NCBI GenBank assembly: GCA_965263035.1
Contig: OZ253580.1
Span: 4,416,001 to 4,480,000 of the forward strand
Length of the DNA: 64,000 nt
Reading direction: 5' to 3'
DNA from: Acidobacteriota bacterium
GTDB lineage: Bacteria; Acidobacteriota; UBA6911; RPQK01; JAJDTT01
Position numbers and translations under genes: made by a program
Shown here: piece by piece, positions 39,310 through 48,699 of the stretch
Layout: each line of letters begins with the position of its first letter
How positions within the stretch are numbered: the stretch's first letter is position 1
The notes under the pieces: generated by a model
Told to the model about the DNA's origin: nothing
Databases searched by the model: none
Seen by the model: only the letters and a program-made list of their open reading frames with translations

Positions 39310-40425
39310 TCAATTCGTTTCCGTCGGCTCGGAGAGACCGGCATTCAGGGCCGGAACCACTTCCCGAGCCAGGAGTTCCACACTCCGGATCCAGCTCTCC
39401 TTGTCGTCCCAGTCGTGGGCTACCAGGATCAGAGTCCCAAAGCCGCCGACTTCGTCTCTCAACTCCCGGAGCATCTGCGTGACCCGGGACGAATCCCCCG
39501 CGATCACCACCTCGTCCAGGAAATAGTCCAGATTGCAATCGGCGTCGCTCATGGACGGATCCCGTTTCCAGATTCCCACGCCGGGACCCCTCCGGGTCAG
39601 CTCCAGAATGTATTCGATGCATTTCCCCATGGAGTTGCCGGCGGCCAACCGGCGAGCTTCTTCGGTCGTTTCGGCCACAAACACGTTGCGGGAGACTCTC
39701 CAGTCGCTGATCCGTGCCCGGCGGCCGTGTTGGCGAGCGCCCGATTCGTAGGTCGACCAGTGGTTCCGCAAGGTGTCTGTCGACACCATGTGGTGGCTGA
39801 TGGGAAGAAAACCACGGCCGGCCGCTTTCTGGACGCCGACCGAGTCGCGGCTGATGCACGGGACCATAATGGGCGGGTGGGGCCGCTGCAGCGGTCGGTG
39901 CAGGACGCCGACGCCCATTTCGGGGTCGATTTGCTCGGAAAGGCGGAAATCCCAGAACTTCCCATGGAACTCGATGGGCGGGTCCTGGCTCCAGATTCTC
40001 AAGATGGCCTCGATGGCTTCGGAAACCAGACCGCCGGATTGCCGGGGATCGACGCCGTAGATCTCCATATCGCTGGGAATCGCTCCGGGACCGAAGCAGA
40101 GATTGAGGCGCCCGTGGGACAGGTGATCCAGAAAGGCCAGGCGCGAGGCGACGTGTGCCGGGTGGTGGTATTGGAGGCAGACCGGCGCCGGTCCGATCCG
40201 GATCCGGGAGGTCATTCCCAGCGCCTTGCCGATGAAGATCTCGGGCATGACGATGTTCTCCACGCTGGAGGAATGATGTTCTCCTACCCAGAACTCGGAA
40301 AATCCCAGCTCCTCGCATCGCACGACCAGTTCAAGGTCCTCGTCGAAGCATTGGGCCAGAGGCTTATCCGGATCGTGCACGGGCATGAGGAACATCCCCA
40401 GCTTGAGGGATGGCTGATGGGGCAT
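39310..40425 (-). CDS. LLM-class flavin-dependent monooxygenase
   Basis: KLGMFLMP.H, WVGEHHS, LDHLSHGRL, PLQRPHPP. Confidence 0.9.
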   Translation of the reverse strand: MPHQPSLKLGMFLMPVHDPDKPLAQCFDEDLELVVRCEELGFSEFWVGEHHSSSVENIVMPEIFIGKALGMTSRIRIGPAPVCLQYHHPAHVASRLAFLDHLSHGRLNLCFGPGAIPSDMEIYGVDPRQSGGLVSEAIEAILRIWSQDPPIEFHGKFWDFRLSEQIDPEMGVGVLHRPLQRPHPPIMVPCISRDSVGVQKAAGRGFLPISHHMVSTDTLRNHWSTYESGARQHGRRARISDWRVSRNVFVAETTEEARRLAAGNSMGKCIEYILELTRRGPGVGIWKRDPSMSDADCNLDYFLDEVVIAGDSSRVTQMLRELRDEVGGFGTLILVAHDWDDKESWIRSVELLAREVVPALNAGLSEPTETN

Positions 40426-40652
40426 GGCGGGATCCTTTCCTGAATCGGGGCTCGTCATGGGCCTGGTCCTCGTGTCGCCAATCAGGATGGGCGCGATCGG
40501 GGGCAGAGTCAACGAGCCCCTCCAGGTCCCGAGTTGCACCTCGACCTTGGGAACGAATAACATTATGCAAGGTTTCCGAAGAGACAAGATAGCCTTGTCC
40601 CGGGTGGAAGCGAGTTCGGCGCCGCGACCGGCAGTGGCACAAGCGTGATGCG

Positions 40653-41747
40653 ATGATGTGGCACCTGATTCTCTCCAATCTCCGCCAGCGGCCGACCCGC
40701 ACCTGCGTCAACATCATGGCCGTTTGCCTGGGAGTGGTTCTGGTTCTGGTCTGCGTCGGACTCTCCTACGGCCAGTTGCTGGATCAGGCGCAACGGACCC
40801 GCCGTATCGGAGGGGACTTCATGCTCCAGCCTCCGGACGCCTCCTTTTTCCTGGCGCTCAACAGCGGCGCCATGGACGTCAGGATCGGACGCGTCATCGA
40901 TAAGGTGGATGGGGTCGAGGCCTCGACTCCGATCATGGTCAAGGTTGTCAGCAGGAACTTCTTCGCGGTTTACGGCGTGGACGCGTCCAGCTTTCAGAAT
41001 GTCAACGACGGGCTGAGGTTCGTCCAAGGCCGGTTTTTCGAGTCAGGGGACGAAGCCATCGTCGACGAACTCTTCGCCTCCAACAATCAGATGGACGTCG
41101 GACAGGACGTCGATCTCCTGGGGCACCGGTTCAAGATCACCGGGATCTTCCAGAGGGGAACCGCCGGCCGGGCCATGATTCCCCTCGAGACCATGCAGAA
41201 GATCAACGGAACTCCGGGCAAGTGCTCGGTCTTCTTCATCCGGGCTGAGGATGGGAAGCCCCACGATCAGGTTCGAACGGCGCTGGACACCCGTTTCGAG
41301 AATTACAGGGTCACAGCTACCGAAAATCTGGAACAACTCTTCACTACGACCACACCCGTTTTCCGCGAATTCCTCCTGGTGATCGTCGCGCTGGCCGTGG
41401 CCATGAGTTTCCTGGTGACGCTCACGGCCACTTACAGCACCATCGTGGAGAGGACCCGGGAGATCGGCATCCTCAAATCTCTTGGCGCCTCCAAGTCCTA
41501 TATCGTCCGCCTCTTTCTCGAGGAATCCCTGCTGGTCTCGGTGTTGGGCCTGATCTCCGGTTTCATCCTGACCTGGGGAGTCCTCAGCCTGATTGCCGTC
41601 AAGTTCCCCTCCTTGCCGGTGATTATCCAGCCCTACTGGAGAGTGGCGGTGGTGGGGATTTCGATGGGCGGAACCGTGTTGGGAGCCCTCTACCCGGCGT
41701 GGAAGGCCGCCAAGCTGGACCCGGTCACGGCTCTCGGTTACGAGTAG
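40653..41747 (+). CDS. MacB/FtsX-type ABC transporter permease
   Basis: ERTREIGILKSLGAS...EES, YPAWKAAKLDPVTAL. Confidence 0.92.
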   Translation: MMWHLILSNLRQRPTRTCVNIMAVCLGVVLVLVCVGLSYGQLLDQAQRTRRIGGDFMLQPPDASFFLALNSGAMDVRIGRVIDKVDGVEASTPIMVKVVSRNFFAVYGVDASSFQNVNDGLRFVQGRFFESGDEAIVDELFASNNQMDVGQDVDLLGHRFKITGIFQRGTAGRAMIPLETMQKINGTPGKCSVFFIRAEDGKPHDQVRTALDTRFENYRVTATENLEQLFTTTTPVFREFLLVIVALAVAMSFLVTLTATYSTIVERTREIGILKSLGASKSYIVRLFLEESLLVSVLGLISGFILTWGVLSLIAVKFPSLPVIIQPYWRVAVVGISMGGTVLGALYPAWKAAKLDPVTALGYE

Positions 41748-41823
41748 CGCCCCTTCATCGGGGAACACCGCCCGCCTCGGATGGTTCTCCCCAGCTTTGA
41801 GAAACAGCCGCCGAACAGATCCG

Positions 41824-42984
41824 TCAAATCAATTCGGTTTCGACGTCCCGAGCCGGACTGGCTGAGTAGCGGCAGGCAATCTCGTCTACGATCCGGACCA
41901 TCCGCTCATGGTGCTCCTCCATGGATTCCACCACTTTGAACTGGGCACGGCAGCGATCCAGGTTCTGGCCCTCCCGGTGGACCTTGAAATAGACGTCCCC
42001 TTCCAAATGGTCGGTGAGGAAGCGGAGTCCCAACTCGTAAGCGATGAGCTTTCCCGAGAAGGGGAGATATTGTCGCTCCACAGGAGTGAGGAAGCCGACG
42101 GTCTCCGAAAGGTACCCGCGAGCGAGAGCCTTGAAGTGAGGCAACTCGACACCCACTCTCGAGAGGTCGCGCTCGTCTTCCTGATGGGTTCCGCAGCCGC
42201 TGCGCATCAGGTCTCCGAAATCATGATCGGACAGGCCGGGCATGACCGTGTCCAGGTCGATGACGCAAAGCATCTTGCCGGTCATCGCGTCCAAGAGGAC
42301 GTTGTTGATCTTGGAGTCGTTGTGAGTGACCCTCTCGGGTAGCCGTCCCTGTTCCCGCAGGCGGGGCAGGACCCGGATCAGCCGCTTGGAGGAGTGGGCG
42401 AAGCGGATCTGCTCCTGGACTTCCCGGGCTCGATTGCAAGGGTCCCGGTCGAGCGCCGAAAGGAACTGCCGGTAACGGTGCTCCGTATCGTGGAAGCCGG
42501 GTATGGTTTCGACGAGGCGCGGGGACGGTAGATCCAGGAGAAGTTTCTGGAAACGCCCGAAGGCGCGACCTGCTTCATAGGCGATCCGGGGAGAGGTGAC
42601 GGTGTCGAAGATCGAGGCGCCCTCGACGAAGTCGTAGGTGCGCCAGTAATTTCCCTCGGCATCTCGATGGAAGCTGGACCCGTCGTTTGTCGGCACCAGA
42701 GACAGGGAGCGGCGCCCCACATCCTCAGCTCCCGCCTGCCGCAGCTTGTGCTCGAGATGCCGGGTGACCCTTACAATGTTCTTCATCAGGGCGGGCGGGT
42801 TCCGGAAGACTCTCTGGTTGATCCGCTGGTGAACGTAGCGTTTCCACCGGCCGCGATGCCAATAGCTGGCCAGGTAGGTGTCATTGATGTGGCCGTTCCC
42901 ATAGGGATGGATCCGGACCAGGTCGCCGCGCACAGAAAAACAAGAGCTGACGGCCGCGAGATCACCTTGGTGCTGCCGGTTCAT
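41824..42984 (-). CDS. aminoglycoside phosphotransferase family kinase (N-acetylhexosamine-1-kinase-like)
   Basis: GNGHINDTY, QRIN, THNDSKINN, VIDLDTVMPG, RFLTDHLEGD.YFK. Confidence 0.88.
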   Translation of the reverse strand: MNRQHQGDLAAVSSCFSVRGDLVRIHPYGNGHINDTYLASYWHRGRWKRYVHQRINQRVFRNPPALMKNIVRVTRHLEHKLRQAGAEDVGRRSLSLVPTNDGSSFHRDAEGNYWRTYDFVEGASIFDTVTSPRIAYEAGRAFGRFQKLLLDLPSPRLVETIPGFHDTEHRYRQFLSALDRDPCNRAREVQEQIRFAHSSKRLIRVLPRLREQGRLPERVTHNDSKINNVLLDAMTGKMLCVIDLDTVMPGLSDHDFGDLMRSGCGTHQEDERDLSRVGVELPHFKALARGYLSETVGFLTPVERQYLPFSGKLIAYELGLRFLTDHLEGDVYFKVHREGQNLDRCRAQFKVVESMEEHHERMVRIVDEIACRYSASPARDVETELI

Positions 42985-43038
42985 TCCTGCGCCTTTCATG
43001 AGAGGCCGCGGCAATCGCCATGAATTCGGGGATTCCAG

Positions 43039-43197
43039 GAGCCTGCGCCGCAGAAATTGATCTACTGCGAAAGCGGTAGAATCGGTCCATATTTCCCCGA
43101 TTTCTCGGCGAATAGAACAACTATGCACCTCAAAATCGAGAAAATCTGGCCTCGATTCCCCACTTTCTCGCTACGATCATTTCTACCGCGCAGACTC
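43039..43197 (+). mobile_element. 159-bp palindromic MITE, family B (second copy)
   Basis: Near-identical to 36339-36497; flanks CCAG / CTAG. Confidence 0.88.
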
Positions 43198-43225
43198 CTA
43201 GCGCTGACGATCCTGAAGGCATGGG

Positions 43226-43420
43226 CGAGAGAGAGGAAAGAGAAAAGAGGGGAGAGGAAAGAGAGAGGAGAGGTGTTCGCACAACGGGGAAGAGCGCGAG
43301 AAAACGATCTGGCCGGGTACGCTCAGGCAAGCCTGGCTCGACGCCCTGTTTCTCCAATGACTTCGCTGGCTGCAGGCAAGTAGGAGACCTTCCGTCTTCA
43401 CTCTTTCCTCTTTCCTTCCT
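43226..43420. repeat. GAGGAAA / TTTCCTC heptamer inverted-repeat element
   Basis: Purine arm 43226-43273 and pyrimidine arm cttccgtcttcactctttcctctttcc (~43389-43420), sharing the tcttcactctttcct motif with 2794-2808. Confidence 0.7.
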
Positions 43421-44871
43421 CACAAGGGATAGACACGGCGGCCCAGCCGCTCGTATTTGAGGGCGTCCGGACTGTGCACTCCCGGCTCCGATACGGCCTG
43501 GATCTGACCGGCCCATGCTTCGAAGCCAGCCCGGAAGTGCGCAGCCGATTTCAAGCCGATGTATCGCATTTGCCTGGGATCGAGCCCCAAAGTCAGCGAA
43601 AAGGCGGTGTCGAAGGGCTGCTCCCGGACACTGACCAGCAGCACGTGGACGCCGTCGACTCGGATCCGGGCCGAGACTCCCATATTTCCACGGAGACCGG
43701 CGTACATGGGACCGTTGTAGGCGAATGCTCCGTCAGAAACAGCTTCGACTACGGCCTCCACGGGGACCGGCGGCCCCTGTCTGGGCGTCGATTTCCCGCC
43801 AACCTGGAGCGATACGGTGGCGCCGACACCGGCGCGATGACAAGCCAGCACGGATTCGTGATCCACGATGTAGAGGATGCAGGCATCCTTGAGCCCAGAG
43901 TCCAGAAAGGTTCTGAGCATGCCGGTGCTGTCCCCCGGAGAACCGCCGCCCGTATTGTCGTTTCTGTCCGCGAAGACCGCGGGATATCGGCCCAACATCT
44001 CCGCCTTGGCCAGGGCTTCCCGGGTCGAGGGGAGATGCTGTTGCCAATCGGCCCGGCGGCGATAGATCCACGCCGCCAGTTCGTCGGCGTGGCGTTGAGC
44101 CGAGGCGCGGTCGTTGTCCGTGACCACGTGTACCGAGGCCCCCACGTGGGGTGCGTCAGCCAAGGGAAAACAGGTGGCGATGGATGCGGCCACGACGCCC
44201 GGTTCGGCCTCCAATCGGTGCAGGCGCTCGATGGCTTCGCTCATGGGCGGGTGTGCGGTCACCTGGTTCAGACCCCAGAACATGGGGATCTGGGACAGGG
44301 CCATGGTGGGACGGAGACCGTCCCTGACGATCCGGACCATCACGTCAGCGCACTCCCGGCCCCGCGCCGCCATGTCCACCTCGGGGTAGGTTTCTCGTCC
44401 GATGAGGGCGTCGGCCAGTTCGACCATGCGGTGCGAGACGTTGGAGTGGATGTCCAACTGTCCGACGATGGGAACCTCCGGGCCCACCAGATCTCGAACC
44501 GCCGCCAGGATGTAGGCCTCGCCGTCGTCGATGCCTTCGGCCACCATGGAGCCGTGGAGCTCCAGCAGGATCCCGTCCGCCGGAGACGCGGCCTTCATCA
44601 GACCCAACATCCGGTCCAGGAGGCGGTCCAGGTCTCGCCTGGGGACGGGGCCGCTGGGATGGGCTTCGGCGAAAATGGTAGGCACCAGCTCGAAGCCGTG
44701 TGCTTCAGCCGCCTCGATGAAACCGCCGGTGGGAATGTTGACACCCCGAAACGCCGGGATGATCTGGTCGGGTTGAAGCTCCCCGAATCTCTCGCTGAAG
44801 CTCTGCATGGTGGTGGGAATGGGAGTGAAGGTGCTGGTTTCGTGGCTGATGGTGCCGCTGAGGATCTTCAT
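43420..44871 (-). CDS. M81 family metallopeptidase (MlrC-like)
   Basis: SHETSTF, LELHGSMV..DDGE, LDIHSN, TYPEVD, DNTGGGSPGD, KSAAHFRA. Confidence 0.92.
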   Translation of the reverse strand: MKILSGTISHETSTFTPIPTTMQSFSERFGELQPDQIIPAFRGVNIPTGGFIEAAEAHGFELVPTIFAEAHPSGPVPRRDLDRLLDRMLGLMKAASPADGILLELHGSMVAEGIDDGEAYILAAVRDLVGPEVPIVGQLDIHSNVSHRMVELADALIGRETYPEVDMAARGRECADVMVRIVRDGLRPTMALSQIPMFWGLNQVTAHPPMSEAIERLHRLEAEPGVVAASIATCFPLADAPHVGASVHVVTDNDRASAQRHADELAAWIYRRRADWQQHLPSTREALAKAEMLGRYPAVFADRNDNTGGGSPGDSTGMLRTFLDSGLKDACILYIVDHESVLACHRAGVGATVSLQVGGKSTPRQGPPVPVEAVVEAVSDGAFAYNGPMYAGLRGNMGVSARIRVDGVHVLLVSVREQPFDTAFSLTLGLDPRQMRYIGLKSAAHFRAGFEAWAGQIQAVSEPGVHSPDALKYERLGRRVYPL

Positions 44872-45012
44872 CGGATCAGTCTCCACTCATGCCGTGATCT
44901 GTCCGCGGCCGATCGGAATACCCTGGTTCCGCGTGCGATCTGTAAATTCAAGATCATCATTCCATAAAGGTCTGATAGACACGGCCGGCCTGAATCGGCG
45001 AGGTGTCGGATT

Positions 45013-45036
45013 GTGACGACTTTTACCACGGACTGG
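45013..45036 (+). repeat. solo right end of MITE family A
   Basis: gtgacgacttttaccacggactg matches the 3' terminus of 34564-34722. Confidence 0.7.
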
Positions 45037-45048
45037 TAAACTCCAGGA

Positions 45049-45822
45049 GTGTTGCGAATTCATAGAGCCAGTCGCCTCCTGAAAGCGCGGGGAATTCGCG
45101 TCGGATTCGGATGGGTCTTATTGTGGCTCCTGCTGACTCCCCCGCAGACTCGTGCAAGCGATTGGTTTGCCGTGTTCAACGGAGAGAATCTGGAGGGGTG
45201 GGAGTCCGTCGGGTCGGGCCTCTGGAACCCCACTCCCGAAGGCTATCTGCTGGGCCAGTGGGACCCCTTCGATCTGCCCGATCCCGAACCCTGGCTCAAT
45301 GGGCTGAAGGGGCGTCTGAACCGCTCCCGGTTCAAGACCGATTTCAAGGTCGTCATCAACCAGGCCTGGCTCTATACCCGCCGGGAATTCTACGAATACG
45401 ACCTTCATCTGGAGTGGAAGGTCCCCCCGGGCGGCAACAGCGGCATTGCATTGCACGATCCGAGCCGGGGGCGCTATACGTCCGGTCCCGAGGCCGACCT
45501 TGCCCGAACCCCGTCCCAGATCGCCTACGAAGTCCAGATCGTCAATCTGGACGTGGAGCAGGATCCCACGGGGAGCATCTACATGGTCCAGTCGGCACGC
45601 GAGGACTTCCGAAATGAGGATGACTGGAACGTGTTCGACATCGAGGTTCGGCGGGGATTGATTCGGGTCCGCCTCAACGGACACCTGGTCACCGAGGGAA
45701 CTCCGATTCCCGGACGTCCCGAATCAGGACCCATCGGCATCCAACTCCACGATCCCGCCAGCGTCATTCTGTTGCGGGACATCCGGATTCGAGAGCTGAC
45801 CCCGGCCACGACTCGCGAGTAA
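45049..45822 (+). CDS. DUF1080 (3-keto-disaccharide hydrolase-like) domain protein
   Basis: FNGENLEGW, LEWK...GNSGI, YEVQI, TGSIY, WN, GPIGIQLH. Start codon uncertain. Confidence 0.87.
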   Translation: MLRIHRASRLLKARGIRVGFGWVLLWLLLTPPQTRASDWFAVFNGENLEGWESVGSGLWNPTPEGYLLGQWDPFDLPDPEPWLNGLKGRLNRSRFKTDFKVVINQAWLYTRREFYEYDLHLEWKVPPGGNSGIALHDPSRGRYTSGPEADLARTPSQIAYEVQIVNLDVEQDPTGSIYMVQSAREDFRNEDDWNVFDIEVRRGLIRVRLNGHLVTEGTPIPGRPESGPIGIQLHDPASVILLRDIRIRELTPATTRE

Positions 45823-45833
45823 CGTCTGCCCGT

Positions 45834-46589
45834 TCAATGGGCCAGATACCCGCCGTCAATGGGCAGCGCCAGGCCGTTGACGTAGGCAGCGGCGTCGCTA
45901 CAGAGCCACACGGCCGCTTCCGCAATCTCGTCCGGAGTCCCGAATCGAGCCATGGGGATAAATTGCGCCATGCGCTCCGACCGTTCGGGGTCGGCCCCCA
46001 GCAGCCGATCGGTCATCGGTGTCTGGATGGCTCCCGGACAGAGCGCGTTGATCCGGATCCCTTTGGCTCCGTACTCGACGGCGGCGGTCCTGGTCAGGCC
46101 GAGCACTCCGTGCTTGCTGGCGATGTAGGCGGACATGCCGCCCCGGGAGCCGACCAGGCCGGCGGTCGAGGAGGTGTTGACGATGGCCCCTTTGCCCTGT
46201 TTCAGCATCTGGCGCAACTCGTACTTCATGCAGAGCCAGGTCCCCTTGAGATTGACCTGGATGATCCGGTCCCACACCGTATCCGGGTACTCGTGCAATC
46301 GGGCGATGGCACCCTCGATGGCCGCATTGTTGAACCCGCAATCCAGCCTTCCATAGAAGTCGACAGCCTTCCGGATCAGGTGCTCGACCTGAGACGTGAC
46401 GGAGATGTCGGCCTGGATGAAGGTCGCCGGCGTCGGCATCATCTGCACGGTTTCGGCGCCTTTTCCCGGGTCGACATCGGAGACGACGACTCTGGCTCCG
46501 GCGCGGGCGAAGGCCAGAGCGGCGGCTCGACCGATTCCGGAACCGCCTCCGGTCACCAGGGCGACTCGGTCTCGAAGTGAATTCTTCAT
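45834..46589 (-). CDS. SDR family oxidoreductase
   Basis: ALVTGGGSGIG, FNNAA, YIASK (YxxxK), IRINALCPG, DGG. Confidence 0.93.
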   Translation of the reverse strand: MKNSLRDRVALVTGGGSGIGRAAALAFARAGARVVVSDVDPGKGAETVQMMPTPATFIQADISVTSQVEHLIRKAVDFYGRLDCGFNNAAIEGAIARLHEYPDTVWDRIIQVNLKGTWLCMKYELRQMLKQGKGAIVNTSSTAGLVGSRGGMSAYIASKHGVLGLTRTAAVEYGAKGIRINALCPGAIQTPMTDRLLGADPERSERMAQFIPMARFGTPDEIAEAAVWLCSDAAAYVNGLALPIDGGYLAH

Positions 46590-46697
46590 CGGGATCCGGC
46601 CTCCGTTGTGGCAGGGCGCCAAGTCTCTCACACTTTTCCCGAGCCCACATGCGCGTTGGCGACAGGGATGGAGCGGTTCTTTGGTACACTCCGGAGC

Positions 46698-48362
46698 ATG
46701 ATTCGATCCGCACGTGGATTCGGTTTCCCGGTGCCGGCCTTGATTCTGCTTGCCCTCGCGGCCGGAAGCATGCGGGGTCAGGATGGGCCCACCGGTGCGG
46801 ACTGGCCCCACTATGGCGGGAGCTACCAATTCTGGCGCTACAGCACCCTGGACCAGGTGAATCAGAAGACGGTGAAGAGACTGGTTCCGGTCTGGGCCTT
46901 CCAGACCGGAATCGTGGACGGCGGACTTCAGGCCACCCCCATCGTTCTGGACGGAGTCATGTATCTGACCTCGTCCTGGAACCGCGTCTTCGCCATCGAC
47001 GCCGCGACTGGCGAGGAGATCTGGCACTACTACTACGAGAACCCCCGGCAGATCGGGGTCATCTACAGCCCCTGGAACCGCGGCGTCGCGGTCTCGGGGC
47101 CGCGCGTCTTCATGGGGACTCTCGACAACCATGTCGTGGCCCTGGATCGGAAGACGGGCCGCGAGTTGTGGAAGGTCAACGTCGAGGATCTGAGACAGTG
47201 CGGCTGCAACATCACCGGGGCGCCGCTTGTGGTGAAGGACAAAGTGATCGTCGGCGTCACCGGGGGGGATTCGGCTCACCGGGGCTATCTGACCGCCTTC
47301 GACGCAGCCACCGGACGCCTGGCTTGGCGTTTCTACACCATCCCCGGTCCCGGAGAGAAGGGGCACGAGACTTGGGAAGGAGACAGCTGGACGTACGGAG
47401 GCGGAGCGACCTGGATGACCGGTTCCTACGATCCCCAGTTGGACCTCCTCTACTGGGGAGTGGGAAATCCGGCGGCCGACTTCTACGGGGGAGACCGGCG
47501 GGGAAGCAACCTGTACACCGACTCCGTCATCGCCTTGGATCCGGACACGGGAGAGCTCAAGTGGTACCACCAGCAGATCCCCCACGACGTGTGGGACTGG
47601 GACGCAGCCTACGAGTGCGTGCTGCTGGATCTGAAAGTGAATGGGAGAGACCGGAAGCTCCTCCTGAACACCAACAAAGGGGGCTACACCTACGTGGTGG
47701 ATCGGACCACCGGAGAGTTCATCTCAGCCTGGCCGGTCGTGGAACATCTGAATTGGATCGAAGGGGTGGGTCCGAACGGTGAACTGATCGGCCGCAATGA
47801 GCCGGTTCTGGACCAGGCCAAACTGATCTGCCCTTCCATCGGCGGTGGCAGGCAGTGGAACCAGGGCGCCTATTCTCCGCGCACCGGGTGGTACTACACG
47901 ACCGGCATCGAATGGTGTCAGGAGGTGACGGCCCGGGAGGAGGAGCCTCAGGAGGGGATGAACTTTTTTGGAGGCGTCTTCGAGTTGAAGGCGACGCCGG
48001 AAGTCGACCATCATGGACATCTGGACGCCTACGATCCGCTGACGGGGAAGAAGCACTGGAGCTACCGGTCCCCTTATCCCTTTCTGGCTTCACAGCTGGC
48101 CACGGCCGGGGACCTGATTTTCAGCGGTGACGCGGAGGGTCTCTTCTTCGCCCTGGACGCCATGACGGGACGGAAGCTGTGGAGCTTTCAGACCGGGTCG
48201 GGGCACCGGGGCTCGGCCATCACCTACTCGGTGGCGGGACGCCAGTTTATCGCCACCCCGTCCGGCTGGGGGTCGGCGGTGGCCGGCATTCTGCCCCAGC
48301 TCTGGCCCGAGACGGAGGATTTTCGGGCCGGGTCCACACTCTTCGTCTTCGCCCTGCCTTAA
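46698..48362 (+). CDS. PQQ-dependent dehydrogenase-like protein (methanol/ethanol family fold)
   Basis: Signal peptide; DWPHYGG, QATP, GGATWMTGSYD, GVGNP, NLYTDS, PHDVWDWD, W-docking repeats. Confidence 0.9.
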   Translation: MIRSARGFGFPVPALILLALAAGSMRGQDGPTGADWPHYGGSYQFWRYSTLDQVNQKTVKRLVPVWAFQTGIVDGGLQATPIVLDGVMYLTSSWNRVFAIDAATGEEIWHYYYENPRQIGVIYSPWNRGVAVSGPRVFMGTLDNHVVALDRKTGRELWKVNVEDLRQCGCNITGAPLVVKDKVIVGVTGGDSAHRGYLTAFDAATGRLAWRFYTIPGPGEKGHETWEGDSWTYGGGATWMTGSYDPQLDLLYWGVGNPAADFYGGDRRGSNLYTDSVIALDPDTGELKWYHQQIPHDVWDWDAAYECVLLDLKVNGRDRKLLLNTNKGGYTYVVDRTTGEFISAWPVVEHLNWIEGVGPNGELIGRNEPVLDQAKLICPSIGGGRQWNQGAYSPRTGWYYTTGIEWCQEVTAREEEPQEGMNFFGGVFELKATPEVDHHGHLDAYDPLTGKKHWSYRSPYPFLASQLATAGDLIFSGDAEGLFFALDAMTGRKLWSFQTGSGHRGSAITYSVAGRQFIATPSGWGSAVAGILPQLWPETEDFRAGSTLFVFALP

Positions 48363-48521
48363 CAGCCCGTGGTAAAAGCCGCCGCGGCATTCGACCGTCC
48401 TTGCATCGTGCGCGGAATGCGTTGCGACTCGGTCACATACCCCCGGCATACTCCCTCATCGCGCCTTGTCCGGTGGGCGCTGGAACGGTCTCGGTGCTAG
48501 CGGGACTTTCACCACGGACTG
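48363..48521 (-). mobile_element. 159-bp palindromic MITE, family A (second copy, inverted)
   Basis: Reverse complement of 34564-34722 (about 90% identical by eye); TTAA duplication at 48359-48362 and 48522-48525; the left copy includes the dehydrogenase stop codon. Confidence 0.92.
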
Positions 48522-48597
48522 TTAACCCACGTTTCTGCCCAGGGAGCGTGATTATCACGCAGGACCGGTGAGGGCGCGCCAACTGCCGGCGGGCTAC

Positions 48598-48614
48598 CTA
48601 GGAGTCTGCGCGGT
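48598..48614 (+). repeat. solo end of MITE family B
   Basis: CTAG-GAGTCTGCGCGGT matches the family B terminus. Confidence 0.6.
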
Positions 48615-48699
48615 GAACACTCCGGTCTATTCAGGTCCCGACTCAGCGCTCAATCCGAGCGGCGCGCCGGGGCCCCTAAAGCAGCTTGTTCCGCACCCA

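Noticed and set aside
42985-43128. N-terminal extension of the kinase ORF (MHSCSIRREIGE...) and similar ORFs at 36222-36589
   Set aside because: These are translations of MITE family B, not protein sequence.
46590-47585. 583-aa SDR fusion in the ORF track
   Set aside because: The upstream 332 codons are the antisense of the PQQ dehydrogenase; the SDR starts at 46589.
48355-48527. Integron attC site
   Set aside because: TAAC...GTTA ends arise from the TTAA duplication. The other copy has ATAT flanks, RYYYAAC/GTTRRRY is not matched, and the only tyrosine recombinase is XerC-like.
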